Below are positions 8,746-17,863 of a DNA stretch of 59,771 nt, piece by piece; within the stretch, counting starts at the first letter, position 1, and every line of letters starts with the position of its first letter. The stretch comes from a virus (taxonomy: Duplodnaviria; Caudoviricetes). Location of the stretch: IMG/VR virus record IMGVR_UViG_3300035093_000006, positions 1 through 59,771 of that record; one strand, written 5' to 3'. Below the pieces are notes generated by a model. The model had not been told where the DNA came from. It ran no database searches and saw nothing but the letters and a program-made list of their open reading frames with translations. Both the position numbers and the translations under genes were made by a program.

Positions 8746-10154
8746 CCGCCCGGTATCTCGTCGGCGATGTCCACGAGCAGCTCGACACCCTCGACTGGCG
8801 GATCTGGCCCTACGGCTACGCAGAACGGTTCTACGCCGGGCACTGGATCTCGGCCGAGTACCAGCAGGTGCTCAGCGCGGCGATCGTGCGCGCGGTCTAC
8901 GGCAAGAAGCGCAAGCTGATCGTGAACATGCCGCCGCGCCACGGGAAGTCTGAGCTGCTCGACCTGTGGGGGCCGGTCTGGTATCTCGACCTCAACCCCG
9001 AGATGCGCGTGATGCTCGTGACCTACGGCCAGGACCTCTCCGACGAGTGGGCGGGCAAGGCACGCGACGTGCTGCAGGGCCGCGCCGAGGAGTTCCGGGT
9101 CAGGGTCTCACGCGACTCCACCGCGAAGAAGCGATGGTTCACGACCCGCGGCGGGGGCATGTACGCGGTCGGCATCGACTCCACCATCACCGGCCGCGGC
9201 GGCAACAAGATCATCATCGACGACCCCCACAAGGACTGGCGCGAAGCGCAGAGCCAGGTGCAGCGCGACAACATCTGGGACCAGTACCTCGGCACGATCA
9301 CCCACCGCCTCGAGCCCGGCCCCGACGGCGGACCCGGCGCGGAGATCGTCGTCCAGACGCGGTGGCACGAGGACGACTTCACGGGCCGGCTCACCGCCGC
9401 GGACCCCGACGCGTGGGAGCACCTCGTCATCCCCGCCATCGCGGAGCGCGACGACCCGCTCGGGCGCGCCGAGGGTGAACCGCTCATGCCGGAACGGTTC
9501 CCGATCGAACGCCTGCGCGAGCTCGAAGAACGCCTCGGCCCGCACATCTTCAGCGCGGTGTTCCAGCAGCACCCGTCTGCGCCCCTCGGTGCGATCTTCC
9601 ATCGTTCGTGGTGGCAACGCTACGAGTTCATCCCCCCGGGCATCGAGCAGTGGCTCGGCTCCTGGGACATGGCGTTCAAGGACAACGATGACTCGGACTA
9701 CGTGGTCGGCCAGGTGTGGGCGCGGCAGGGCGCGAACCTGTACCTGATCGACCAGGTGCGCGACCGGATGGACTTCCCCGCGACGAAGAAAGCGGTGAAG
9801 GCCCTCGCCGCGAAGTGGCCGCGCTGTAGCGCTTGGGTGATCGAGGACAAGGCGAACGGGCCGGCGATCATCGCGGAGCTGCGCAACACGGTGGGCGGGC
9901 TCCTGCCGTTCTCCCCGCGCGACTCGAAGGAAGCCCGCGCCCACGCGGTCGCGCCCCACGTCGCGTCCGGGAACTGCTACCTGCCGGGCTTCGCGTGGGT
10001 CCAGGATCTGATCGACGAGGCGGCGAACTTCCCGTTCGGGGTGAACGATGACCAGGTGGACGCCTTCACACAGGCGGCCATCCACATGGGCGTGGCGAGC
10101 CCCATCCTGGTCTCAGAGACGTACCAGGACGCCCGCCTAAAGGGTCGTCGCTAA
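8742..10154 (+). CDS. terL: Terminase large subunit
   Basis: Walker A MPPRHGKS, ITGRG..IIIDDP, VQTRWHEDD, nuclease SWD.A..DY.VG, IEDKANG, DDQVDA. Confidence 0.95.
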   Translation: MTARYLVGDVHEQLDTLDWRIWPYGYAERFYAGHWISAEYQQVLSAAIVRAVYGKKRKLIVNMPPRHGKSELLDLWGPVWYLDLNPEMRVMLVTYGQDLSDEWAGKARDVLQGRAEEFRVRVSRDSTAKKRWFTTRGGGMYAVGIDSTITGRGGNKIIIDDPHKDWREAQSQVQRDNIWDQYLGTITHRLEPGPDGGPGAEIVVQTRWHEDDFTGRLTAADPDAWEHLVIPAIAERDDPLGRAEGEPLMPERFPIERLRELEERLGPHIFSAVFQQHPSAPLGAIFHRSWWQRYEFIPPGIEQWLGSWDMAFKDNDDSDYVVGQVWARQGANLYLIDQVRDRMDFPATKKAVKALAAKWPRCSAWVIEDKANGPAIIAELRNTVGGLLPFSPRDSKEARAHAVAPHVASGNCYLPGFAWVQDLIDEAANFPFGVNDDQVDAFTQAAIHMGVASPILVSETYQDARLKGRR

Positions 10155-10164
10155 CCCCGGCTGA

Positions 10165-10181
10165 GTACCGTATACTGGTAC
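10165..10181 (+). promoter_or_regulatory. Palindromic operator/promoter, copy 3 (GTACCGTATACTGGTAC)
   Basis: TATACT -10, ATG at 10184 (leaderless); 29 bp identical to 15674-15702. Confidence 0.8.
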
Positions 10182-10183
10182 GC

Positions 10184-10333
10184 ATGAGCGATCGCCTCGC
10201 ACTCGCGTCCGGTATCGCGTCCGGTATCGGAGCCGGGTATCTCCTAGTGGATGAGAAAGATTCGGAGCTCGGGCCCGCGACTTCCATCACCCGCACCCCG
10301 ATCACCACAGTGGCACCGATAGAGAGGCCGTGA
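10184..10333 (+). CDS. Leaderless 49-aa peptide
   Basis: Manual translation MSDRLALASGIASGIGAGYLLVDEKD...IERP; contains a 12-bp tandem duplication; stop overlaps the next GTG. Confidence 0.5.
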   Translation: MSDRLALASGIASGIGAGYLLVDEKDSELGPATSITRTPITTVAPIERP

Positions 10334-10653
10334 TGCGAACCGACGAAGGAGAGAGCCCAATGCAAACGACATGGCGAGTGACCGAGGTACACGCAACGGA
10401 GTCCGGCACACAGGCGGTCCTTCAGCGCGTGTATTGGTTCAAGACGAACCCGAAGTACGCGGACGTTGATATCGAGGCGCCCGACTACGAGTGGGTAGGG
10501 GACGAGAGCATCGACGCGGAGCCCGGTGAGCACGACGCCGATTGGATCGAGATGGGCGGCAAGTTGACCATCGAGATCACCGAAGGCCTCGACCTGGCCC
10601 CGAGCGACAACGTGACGATGCTGCTCGATCTGGTGGAGCGCGTACCGGCGTGA
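10330..10653 (+). CDS. Acidic hypothetical protein
   Basis: ORF track; alternative start 10360 has an AAGGAG RBS. Confidence 0.65.
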   Translation: MMRTDEGESPMQTTWRVTEVHATESGTQAVLQRVYWFKTNPKYADVDIEAPDYEWVGDESIDAEPGEHDADWIEMGGKLTIEITEGLDLAPSDNVTMLLDLVERVPA

Positions 10654-10670
10654 CCCCCTTCTCTCCCTGT

Positions 10671-11370
10671 ACCCCACTCAAGACGGAAAGGCAGAGATGA
10701 GCGCAGAAGAAATCGTGCGAGCACTCGCGGCGTCTAACCCGTTCCTCCCTTGGTCGGACAGATCCGGGACGGTCTGCCAGTTGTGCGGAGCGGACGTTGA
10801 TTACGGGAAGTCGCATGACCCGGGCTGCCCCTACCGGCAAGCGGCCGAGTGGGTAGCCGCGAATCCTGGGCGTGGGTCGGGTTCGTGCCCTGGTTGTGGT
10901 GGGTCACTTACCGAGTCTGACGGCACACCAGCGAACCACTTCCATTGCCTGAAATCGACCCCACTCAAGACGCGAACGAAAAGGAACTGAACCAATGCGG
11001 ACGGACCACGATTTGGCGATCAGGTTGACTGAGTGGGACGACGGCTGGCACTGGACCGTGTTCGACGCTAACCCCAAGTACGAGAGTGGGCAGGTCGAGG
11101 GCGTGCTTGTCCCCTGGGAGACGGCCGACGACTCTGGGCGGGAGCCGAGTCAGGGCAAGGCACTGATGACCGCTCTCATCGCGGCGGCGTCAGTGAACGG
11201 CAAGGCGCGGGTCACTGTCCCACTGGCCCCGCTCGCTGCGTGGGCGCTGATCTGCAAGCACGACCACGTCAACCTCATGGGCGAGATGATCGCCGCCGAA
11301 CCAACGGGCACCGTCGAAGTCCGAGACCCGAGAGGCGACGTGTATCTCGTGTCGCGGCCACTCAAGACGG
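10671..11370 (+). repeat. Three gene-boundary repeats CCACTCAAGACG (10674, 10961, 11358)
   Basis: Exact 12-bp copies (15 bp between the first two), each just upstream of the next start codon. Confidence 0.75.
10697..10990 (+). CDS. Cys/His-rich hypothetical protein
   Basis: CQLCG..H.PGCP; CPGCG..H.HC; GAAAGG RBS. Confidence 0.65.
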   Translation: MSAEEIVRALAASNPFLPWSDRSGTVCQLCGADVDYGKSHDPGCPYRQAAEWVAANPGRGSGSCPGCGGSLTESDGTPANHFHCLKSTPLKTRTKRN

Positions 11371-11381
11371 TCGACCCATGA
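10995..11381 (+). CDS. Hypothetical protein
   Basis: 128-aa ORF with AAAGGA RBS. Confidence 0.65.
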   Translation: MRTDHDLAIRLTEWDDGWHWTVFDANPKYESGQVEGVLVPWETADDSGREPSQGKALMTALIAAASVNGKARVTVPLAPLAAWALICKHDHVNLMGEMIAAEPTGTVEVRDPRGDVYLVSRPLKTVDP

Positions 11382-11421
11382 GCAACGAACCGCGCGGGCC
11401 TCTCGACCCTATCGAGTACCC

Positions 11422-11637
11422 ATGAGCGCGACACGGTGGGAGCGCACAATCCCGGCACGGGTCCGCTATCGCCTGTGGTCGTGGCTGCTCCGTCATCCGC
11501 GGGCCTGTCCTGCATCGTCGCACTCGCTGGTGGTGTGGGGCATCTCTGAGCGCCCGTGGATCGACGAGATGTGCAAGTCGGACTGCGCTCGCAATGGCTC
11601 GTGTTGGTGCGGGAAGTTGCGCGAGGAGTCCGCGTAA
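11422..11637 (+). CDS. Small Cys/Trp-rich protein
   Basis: C...C...G.CWCGKL C-terminus. Confidence 0.55.
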   Translation: MSATRWERTIPARVRYRLWSWLLRHPRACPASSHSLVVWGISERPWIDEMCKSDCARNGSCWCGKLREESA

Positions 11638-11640
11638 TGG

Positions 11641-11886
11641 ATGGCCTTCTCGAGTACCGCATCGTCTGCGCGCGCGAAATCTCGTGAGCTGATGGAGCGC
11701 AGCCCCATCGACGAGGCTGCCTTCGAGAAGGCGTACGCGGCCGTCCAGGAGCGAGTGGAACGCGCCACCTACGCCCGAACCGTGGCCGAGGTGCGCAACC
11801 ACCCGACGAACGGGAAGGCGATCGCTCGACTGGCGATCCAGACCTATCTCGAAGCGGTCCACGGCGCGGAGCCTCCCCCGCCGTAG
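11641..11886 (+). CDS. Hypothetical protein
   Basis: 81-aa ORF before the portal. Confidence 0.5.
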   Translation: MAFSSTASSARAKSRELMERSPIDEAAFEKAYAAVQERVERATYARTVAEVRNHPTNGKAIARLAIQTYLEAVHGAEPPPP

Positions 11887-11889
11887 CCT
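11858..11889 (+). promoter_or_regulatory. Candidate late promoter TCCACG-N20-TAGCCT (portal)
   Basis: Same motif and spacing at 17802, 26566 and 51740. Confidence 0.5.
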
Positions 11890-11932
11890 TGCGCCCGATG
11901 CGTCCCGAACCTGCTGCACACCCCGCACTGCC

Positions 11933-13783
11933 GTGAGCACGAACGACCACGTCATCGACACCTGGTCAGTGGTGGGCCACAAGAGCCCCCTCCGTCACGG
12001 CGCCAGTTCGGCCAGCACCTGGCTCGCTCCCTCGTGGGTCGGCATCCACGCCCGCCGGCTCTGCGCCTACAAGGTGTACGACGCCTACCTGAACAACGTG
12101 AGCCGCATGTTCCTCGCCGACGTGGACGAAGAGACCCGCCGCGAGCACCGCGAGTACGGCGAACCTCGCGCGCTCGTCAACGCGATGCGCGGCGCGATCC
12201 TCGGTGACGAGCAGGCCATCGTGGTCGCGGACGCGGACGACGACGTACCCGACGACGAAGCCGAGCAGGGACGCAAGGCCGAGCAGGGACGCAAGGCCGA
12301 GGTCGAAGCCGCCAAGGACCGTCAGGAGTGGCTGCGAGATTGGGCGACGGTCGAGCGGTACATCCGCAAGATGCGCGAGACCGAGGATGACATCATCGGT
12401 CTCGGCGACGGGATCTACCAACTGGGTTGGTCGGGCCGCAAGCAGCGTCCAATCGTGCGCCTGCATCCGCCCGCGTTCTACTTCCCGGTGCTATCGACCC
12501 GCGGCGACGAGGAGTTCCCCGCGACGGTCCATCTGGCGTGGGAGTACGAAGACGCCGACGAGAACAACGAGACCCACCAGTACGTCCATCGGATCACGTT
12601 CCGCCTCGCCCGCATCGGTGACCTCGAGCCGGCCGTCCCGATCGTGCGGAACACGCCGTTGATCCACACCTACATCGAGACCGACACCGACTCGCAGCGG
12701 GTCGGCCAGACGCTCCGCGCCTACCCCTGGAACGACGAACCCACCGATCTGACCTGCTACATGAGCGAGGGGACGTGGCGGCTCGACAACCTGAAGAACC
12801 GGGTCGTGCCGAACCTCGACGAGAGCGCCGCGGTCTGGGAGCGCAACGACGAGAACGTGGAGATCCACAACCTCGACCTGTTGCTCGACTTCATCCCGCT
12901 CGTCCACGTCCCCCACGGCAGCGCGGAGAAGGCCCACTACGGGACCAGCGCGCTCGGGCTCGTGAGCCAGATCCTTGATGACATCGCGTCGACCGACACC
13001 GACCTGGAGAAGGCCGCAGGCACGACCGGTAGCCCGCCCCTGTGGGTGCGTGGCGTCGATCCGGGCAAGACGATCACCTACGGCCCCGGGAAGGTGTTCG
13101 GCCTCCCTGCCGACGGTGAGGCGGGGATGATCGACACTTCCAACTCGCTCGCCGCGCTGCTGGAGTTCTCCCGCGAGCTCATCAAGCGCCTCGCCGCGAT
13201 CAGCCGGGTCGGTGAGCCGCTGCTCGGCCGAGCCGACCCCGCGACCATCGCGAGTGGCGTGCTGCTCGCGCTCACGTTCGGGCCGACGACCCAGATGGTC
13301 GACGAGGCGCGCCTGGTCCGCGAGGAGAAGAACGGGCTGCTGCTCAAGTTCATCCAGCGCCTCGCGATCGCGGGCGGAACCCTGGAGGCCCCGGTGCTCG
13401 ACGCGAACGTGGCGTTCGGCTCCTACTTGCCGACCGACCGCCAAGCCGTCGTGCTCATGGTCCGCGCGCTGCTCGGCAACGGGACCGAACCCGCGATGAT
13501 CTCGCGGGAGACCGCCCTGCGGATGCTCGTCGAAGCCGGGTTCGAGGTCCGCGACGCGCTCGAAGAGCTGGAGAAGATCCGGGCCGAGGACTTCGCCGGC
13601 GCGGTCCGCCTGCTGGAGGCGACCGGAGACGAAGCCGCAGTGTTCGAGTTCCTGGGCCGCGACGTGCCCGACGCGGTGAAGGCCCGAGCCGAGGCTGCGG
13701 CGCGGGGCGCGCTCGAGCCGCCCACACCCAACCTGCCGACACCGACCCCGGAGCCCGGCCCCGGCACTGAGGGCACCCCGTGA
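11933..13783 (+). CDS. Portal protein
   Basis: 616 aa after terL; GLGDG.Y, DFIPLVHVP..HYG.S, SG..L.L.F, ISRETA motifs of SPP1 gp6-like portals. Confidence 0.85.
   Translation: MSTNDHVIDTWSVVGHKSPLRHGASSASTWLAPSWVGIHARRLCAYKVYDAYLNNVSRMFLADVDEETRREHREYGEPRALVNAMRGAILGDEQAIVVADADDDVPDDEAEQGRKAEQGRKAEVEAAKDRQEWLRDWATVERYIRKMRETEDDIIGLGDGIYQLGWSGRKQRPIVRLHPPAFYFPVLSTRGDEEFPATVHLAWEYEDADENNETHQYVHRITFRLARIGDLEPAVPIVRNTPLIHTYIETDTDSQRVGQTLRAYPWNDEPTDLTCYMSEGTWRLDNLKNRVVPNLDESAAVWERNDENVEIHNLDLLLDFIPLVHVPHGSAEKAHYGTSALGLVSQILDDIASTDTDLEKAAGTTGSPPLWVRGVDPGKTITYGPGKVFGLPADGEAGMIDTSNSLAALLEFSRELIKRLAAISRVGEPLLGRADPATIASGVLLALTFGPTTQMVDEARLVREEKNGLLLKFIQRLAIAGGTLEAPVLDANVAFGSYLPTDRQAVVLMVRALLGNGTEPAMISRETALRMLVEAGFEVRDALEELEKIRAEDFAGAVRLLEATGDEAAVFEFLGRDVPDAVKARAEAAARGALEPPTPNLPTPTPEPGPGTEGTP
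12260..12301 (+). repeat. In-frame 18-bp tandem duplication in the portal (AEQGRK x2)
   Basis: GCCGAGCAGGGACGCAAG twice plus a partial third copy. Confidence 0.9.
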
Positions 13784-15108
13784 CCCAGTTCGACCCGACC
13801 CCGGTAGGGGGCGACCTCACCGGTACGTGGCTCGGCGGTCCCGACGGGACCCGCGACCTCGCCGCGCTCGGCATCCCGGACCCGACCACCACCGCGACCG
13901 GTTCCTTGGGCTACGAGCTCGACCTGATCGTGCAGCGCGCGCTTGCGGAGATGGAGCTGCTGTCGGCTGGTGGGGGCGGAGGTGGGCCGGGCGTCCAGTT
14001 CGGCAACCCGGCCGCGATTCGCGTCGCGTCGTCAGTCGCACACCCGAACCAGAAGGACGGCAGCGACTACGTCTGTGACGGGACGAACGACCACGAGGAG
14101 ATCCTCGCCGCACTCTCAGTCGCCGCTCTCGCGGGCGGCTCGGTCGTCGAGCTCGGCCACGGCCCGTTCTTCTGTCTCCCCGACGCGCTCAACGTCCCCG
14201 CGAACACGACGCTACGCGGGCAGGGCGGTACGGCGAACGGTGGGGGCGCGACCCGGATCGTCAACGCGGGCGGTACCGGGGCGCTGCTCCGCCACCAGGG
14301 CGTCGCGTCGCTGAACCGGGTGGGGGGCGGCAAGATTCAGAACCTCGTGCTCGACGGCAACACCCAGGTGTGTGACGGGCTGCTCATCAAGTACGCGAAC
14401 TCCTGGCACGTCGACAACGTGACGACCTACGACTGCCTCGGCCACGGGATGCACCTCTACGGCGGCTCGGACTCGAGCGTCACCCGTTCACGCCTCGACT
14501 GGTGCGGGTCGAACAACATCGTGGGCGCGGGCGCGCGGGCCGCGATGCTCATCGAGGACGATGACGGCGGATGGGCGAACGACAACGTCCGGGTCCACGG
14601 CGTCATCTGGGAGAACAACCCCGACCGCGCGCTGGAAGTCACGATCGGCGCCGGCGCGAACGGCCCCTACGAGATCACCTTCGACACCATCAAGATCGAA
14701 ACCCACGAGGCGCGCGGTGGACCGTTGAACGACTACATCCTCTGGCAGAACGCGAACCACTGCCGGATGCTCAACAGCTACTTCTTCTGTGACGCGCCGA
14801 CCGGCGCCGGGATGCGCTCATGGTTCCGCCTCGCCGGGTGTACGTCCGCGTGGGTGAAGGGCAACAACTTCTCGGCGAACTACCCGAGCACCGACCCGTT
14901 CGCGCACTGGCTCTCGCTGGAGGGCAACACGGGCCTCTGGGTGACCGAGAACGTCTTCCAGCACGGCGGCGCGGGTGTACCGGCCGGATGCTTGAACTGG
15001 GTGGGCACGAACAACCAGGTCGCACCGCGCCGGCAGAACTACATCCAGAACACGTCGACCACGTTGGAGGTCGGCAGCCCGACGACGGACATGGTGGAGG
15101 TCACCTGA
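13780..15108 (+). CDS. Pectate-lyase-like beta-helix protein (possible depolymerase or head fibre)
   Basis: DYVCDGTNDHEEILAAL..GG.VV.LG.G.F..NTTLRGQG..IQNLVLDGN pattern. Confidence 0.75.
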   Translation: MTQFDPTPVGGDLTGTWLGGPDGTRDLAALGIPDPTTTATGSLGYELDLIVQRALAEMELLSAGGGGGGPGVQFGNPAAIRVASSVAHPNQKDGSDYVCDGTNDHEEILAALSVAALAGGSVVELGHGPFFCLPDALNVPANTTLRGQGGTANGGGATRIVNAGGTGALLRHQGVASLNRVGGGKIQNLVLDGNTQVCDGLLIKYANSWHVDNVTTYDCLGHGMHLYGGSDSSVTRSRLDWCGSNNIVGAGARAAMLIEDDDGGWANDNVRVHGVIWENNPDRALEVTIGAGANGPYEITFDTIKIETHEARGGPLNDYILWQNANHCRMLNSYFFCDAPTGAGMRSWFRLAGCTSAWVKGNNFSANYPSTDPFAHWLSLEGNTGLWVTENVFQHGGAGVPAGCLNWVGTNNQVAPRRQNYIQNTSTTLEVGSPTTDMVEVT

Positions 15109-15371
15109 TGGGATGCTGCGTGTGCGCGGGCTCGTGCAACCACGTCGGCCCGCACGGTTACTGCGCTGCTCACGGCGGTGGTGCTCCGTTACCGCTCGCG
15201 GCGCCTGGCACATGGCAGGGGTTCACGATCCATTCGGGCTCGACGACAGGCATCGACTCGTGGCTCTGTCCCGACCTGCTGACCATCGACCGCATCGGTG
15301 CCGCCGACGGATGGCGCGGGCGTCTCGTGCGCGCGTTCTTCCGGGTGCTGAAGGTCGTCACCGGGGTATGA
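15108..15371 (+). CDS. Hypothetical protein with Cys/His N-terminus
   Basis: MGCCVCAGSCNHVGPHGYCAAH; coupled start. Confidence 0.5.
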   Translation: MGCCVCAGSCNHVGPHGYCAAHGGGAPLPLAAPGTWQGFTIHSGSTTGIDSWLCPDLLTIDRIGAADGWRGRLVRAFFRVLKVVTGV

Positions 15372-15679
15372 CCGAGCACCGGATGGACGACGCGCAACGT
15401 CAGGCCCGCGCCGAGCAGGCCGCGGTCGCGCACGCCTCCCCCGCCGAGCAAGCCCTACGCGCGGAACGGACCGCGCTCGTCAAGGCGTGGCTGCGTCGGT
15501 GCGGGATCACCCACGCCGATGTCATCAAGGAGCTGGTGAGCGGCGACACCGCGGTCGGGGTCAAGGCAGGGAACGGGATCCACTGGATTCCGGTGTCTGA
15601 GCCGAAGTTTCCGTGGGATCTGTGGTCCGAACTTCGTGATCGGCTCATGGCCGAAGAAGAAGCGCGCTCGACTGGCTGA
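15368..15679 (+). CDS. Hypothetical protein
   Basis: ATGA-coupled ORF. Confidence 0.55.
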   Translation: MTEHRMDDAQRQARAEQAAVAHASPAEQALRAERTALVKAWLRRCGITHADVIKELVSGDTAVGVKAGNGIHWIPVSEPKFPWDLWSELRDRLMAEEEARSTG

Positions 15680-15696
15680 GTACCGTATACTGGTAC
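15680..15696 (+). promoter_or_regulatory. Palindromic operator/promoter, copy 4
   Basis: GTACCGTATACTGGTAC followed by GC-ATG at 15699. Confidence 0.8.
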
Positions 15697-15698
15697 GC

Positions 15699-16145
15699 AT
15701 GATGCGCCACGAGCAGTCGATCATCGGCAAGGGCGAGGATGCGATCAAGCGCGGTGAGGAACCGGGCGACTGCATCCGTGCATGTGTCGCTTCGATCCTG
15801 GAACTCCCGATGGAGATGGTGCCCAACTTCGTCCACACGGGTGAGGACCCCTACGGCCTCTGGAAGTACGCGCTGATCGGATGGCTCACGGTGCGCGGCG
15901 TCGGTCTCGACTGCTACTTGTACGACGACGAGCCGCCCGGGCGATGGTGCATCATCGGCGGGCCAGGCCCACGCGGCCACCAGCATTGCGTTGTCGGCTT
16001 CAACCGCGAGATGGTCTGGGACCCACACCCGTCAGGCGAGGGGCTCGTCACCGCGCAAGACGTTTGGTACCTTGTGCCGACCAGTGTTCGTCCGCCCGGC
16101 TCGGGAGCGAACGCGGCTCGCGCTCTGATGAAGGTGCCCTCGTGA
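15699..16145 (+). CDS. Papain-fold-like (Cys-His-Asp) phage protein
   Basis: GDCIRACVASILELP...HCVV....VWDPHPS. Confidence 0.6.
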   Translation: MMRHEQSIIGKGEDAIKRGEEPGDCIRACVASILELPMEMVPNFVHTGEDPYGLWKYALIGWLTVRGVGLDCYLYDDEPPGRWCIIGGPGPRGHQHCVVGFNREMVWDPHPSGEGLVTAQDVWYLVPTSVRPPGSGANAARALMKVPS

Positions 16146-16699
16146 GCGCCGAACTCGACCGCACCCTGGAGATCATCGAGCGGGGCCTCGCGACCGCGGA
16201 GACGACCGAGCCCGCCTACGGGACGGACATCGGCTCCCACGTCTGCTGGCGCTGCCAGGTGAACGCGCCGGGTGAAGGCGCGTCGGGAGTGTGCGAGGGG
16301 TGCCGCGAGACCCTGCTGGACGAGACGAAGGAACCGGAGCCGAGTATCACGGATGGAGTCTGGACCGCGGTCGGGGAGGCTCCGATCTGGGGCTCGACCT
16401 CGCGCTACTTCCGTCGCGGTGTCGCCCGCGTGTACGTGAGCCGTGAGGGCATCCAAGGCGACATTCAGGGACGCAGGGCCGATCTGGACGATCCGTCCGT
16501 TGCGCTGCATCACATCGACGGGAACCCGGCCAACAACACCCCCGAGAACCTGGAAGCCGTGCTCCCGCGGGAGAACCGCCTGCTCGCCTCGCGAGATCAG
16601 ATCGAAGCCTGCGCCGAGATCGTTGCTCGCGAGATGGGAGTCAGCGCCGAGGCCGCACGGGAGCAGCTCCAGCGCGTGTTCAACGCCTATGCCGATTGA
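16142..16699 (+). CDS. Hypothetical protein with Zn-finger and minimal HNH motif
   Basis: CWRC..CEGC; LHHIDGNPANNTPENLEAV..EN. Confidence 0.6.
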   Translation: MSAELDRTLEIIERGLATAETTEPAYGTDIGSHVCWRCQVNAPGEGASGVCEGCRETLLDETKEPEPSITDGVWTAVGEAPIWGSTSRYFRRGVARVYVSREGIQGDIQGRRADLDDPSVALHHIDGNPANNTPENLEAVLPRENRLLASRDQIEACAEIVAREMGVSAEAAREQLQRVFNAYAD

Positions 16700-16925
16700 C
16701 CGCCGCGCGTTCGTCCACGCCTGGAAGGACTGGGACGACGTGTGCCTGAAGATGCCCCGCCACCCGAACGGCCGCTACGGCGCCGACCAGGCCGCCGCGT
16801 ACGACTCGCAGTGTCGTGCCCTCGCCGCCGAGGTCGGCCTGACCACGAACGAGCTGCGGGAACGGCTCATCGCGTTGCGTCGCTACGGCTTGACGCGATC
16901 CGACGCCCTGGCGCGCGTAGCCTGA
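16689..16925 (+). CDS. Hypothetical protein
   Basis: 78 aa, overlapping start. Confidence 0.5.
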   Translation: MPIDRRAFVHAWKDWDDVCLKMPRHPNGRYGADQAAAYDSQCRALAAEVGLTTNELRERLIALRRYGLTRSDALARVA

Positions 16926-16933
16926 CCTCCACA

Positions 16934-16982
16934 CCCGCTGGAGCGGGACGCCTCACCCGAAGGCTGATCGGGACGCAAGGGA
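16934..16982 (+). promoter_or_regulatory. Twin CCCG..CGGG-ACG hairpins plus 16-bp leader motif (copy 2) before the scaffold gene
   Basis: CCCGCTGGAGCGGGACG and CCCGAAGGCTGATCGGGACGCAAGGGA; TAGCCT -10 at 16918. Confidence 0.5.
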
Positions 16983-16989
16983 GCCCACG

Positions 16990-17799
16990 TTGAACCGAAT
17001 GCTGCGACGCCACCCCGGTCTGTACCTCGCTGCGACAGGACCCGGAGGAGGCGGTCAAGGCGGCATCATCCCGGTCGCATCGGGAGGCCAGGGCGCGACG
17101 CCACCGCCCGCTCCCGCGGCACCCGCGCCGGCGCCGACCCCCACTCCCGCGCCGGCAGCACCAGCCGCGCCCGCGACCCCGGACCCGTCGAACCCGCTCG
17201 GCCTCACCCCCGAGCAGCAGAAGCACTTCACGGGCATGGCGACGAAGCAGAAGGACGAGGGCCGCCAAGCCGAGATCAACCGCCTCGCCGAAGCGACCGG
17301 CGTCGAGCCCGAGCAGATCGAAGCCGCGCTGAAGGCCCACAAGGAAGGCCAGGACGCCGCGCTCACCGAAGCGCAGCGCGCCCAGAAAGCCGCGGAGGCC
17401 GCCGAAGCGAAGGCGAACGCTGCGCTCGCGGCCGCGTCACTCGACCGTCTCGACGCTGCGATCCTGCGCACCCTCACCGCCGCGCAGTGCATCGACCCGA
17501 ACGTCCAGGCCGACATGGCGCTGCTCGTCCGGCTCGAGCCGGACACCACCGACGCGGACATCGCGGCGCGGATCACCACCAGCGTCGAAGGGCTGAAGGG
17601 CCGCTACCCCGAGTCGTTCAAGGGCACCCTCCCCGCGCCGGGCACGCTCCCGTCGCACACCGCGCCGGGCGCCCCCGCACCCCCCGCGCAGCAGGCTGGC
17701 ATCTCCGGCGGACTGGAGAAGGGGAAGCTGAAAGCCGAGGAGCAGACGAAGGCCAACGCGCCGAGCGGTGACCCCTACGAGGGTCTCCTGACGCCGTAG
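16990..17799 (+). CDS. Capsid scaffolding protein
   Basis: Pro/Ala-rich N-terminus, coiled coil, LTEAQRA..., RYPESF motif; upstream of the head genes. Confidence 0.8.
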   Translation: MNRMLRRHPGLYLAATGPGGGGQGGIIPVASGGQGATPPPAPAAPAPAPTPTPAPAAPAAPATPDPSNPLGLTPEQQKHFTGMATKQKDEGRQAEINRLAEATGVEPEQIEAALKAHKEGQDAALTEAQRAQKAAEAAEAKANAALAAASLDRLDAAILRTLTAAQCIDPNVQADMALLVRLEPDTTDADIAARITTSVEGLKGRYPESFKGTLPAPGTLPSHTAPGAPAPPAQQAGISGGLEKGKLKAEEQTKANAPSGDPYEGLLTP

Positions 17800-17801
17800 G
17801 G

Positions 17802-17833
17802 TCCGCGCTTCACGTTCCGCCGCGTTCTACCCT
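17802..17833 (+). promoter_or_regulatory. Candidate late promoter TCCGCG-N20-TACCCT (decoration/capsid)
   Basis: Intergenic; near-identical to 26566-26597. Confidence 0.6.
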
Positions 17834-17863
17834 GCCGCTATTCGGTAGCCAGGAGGAACGCAC

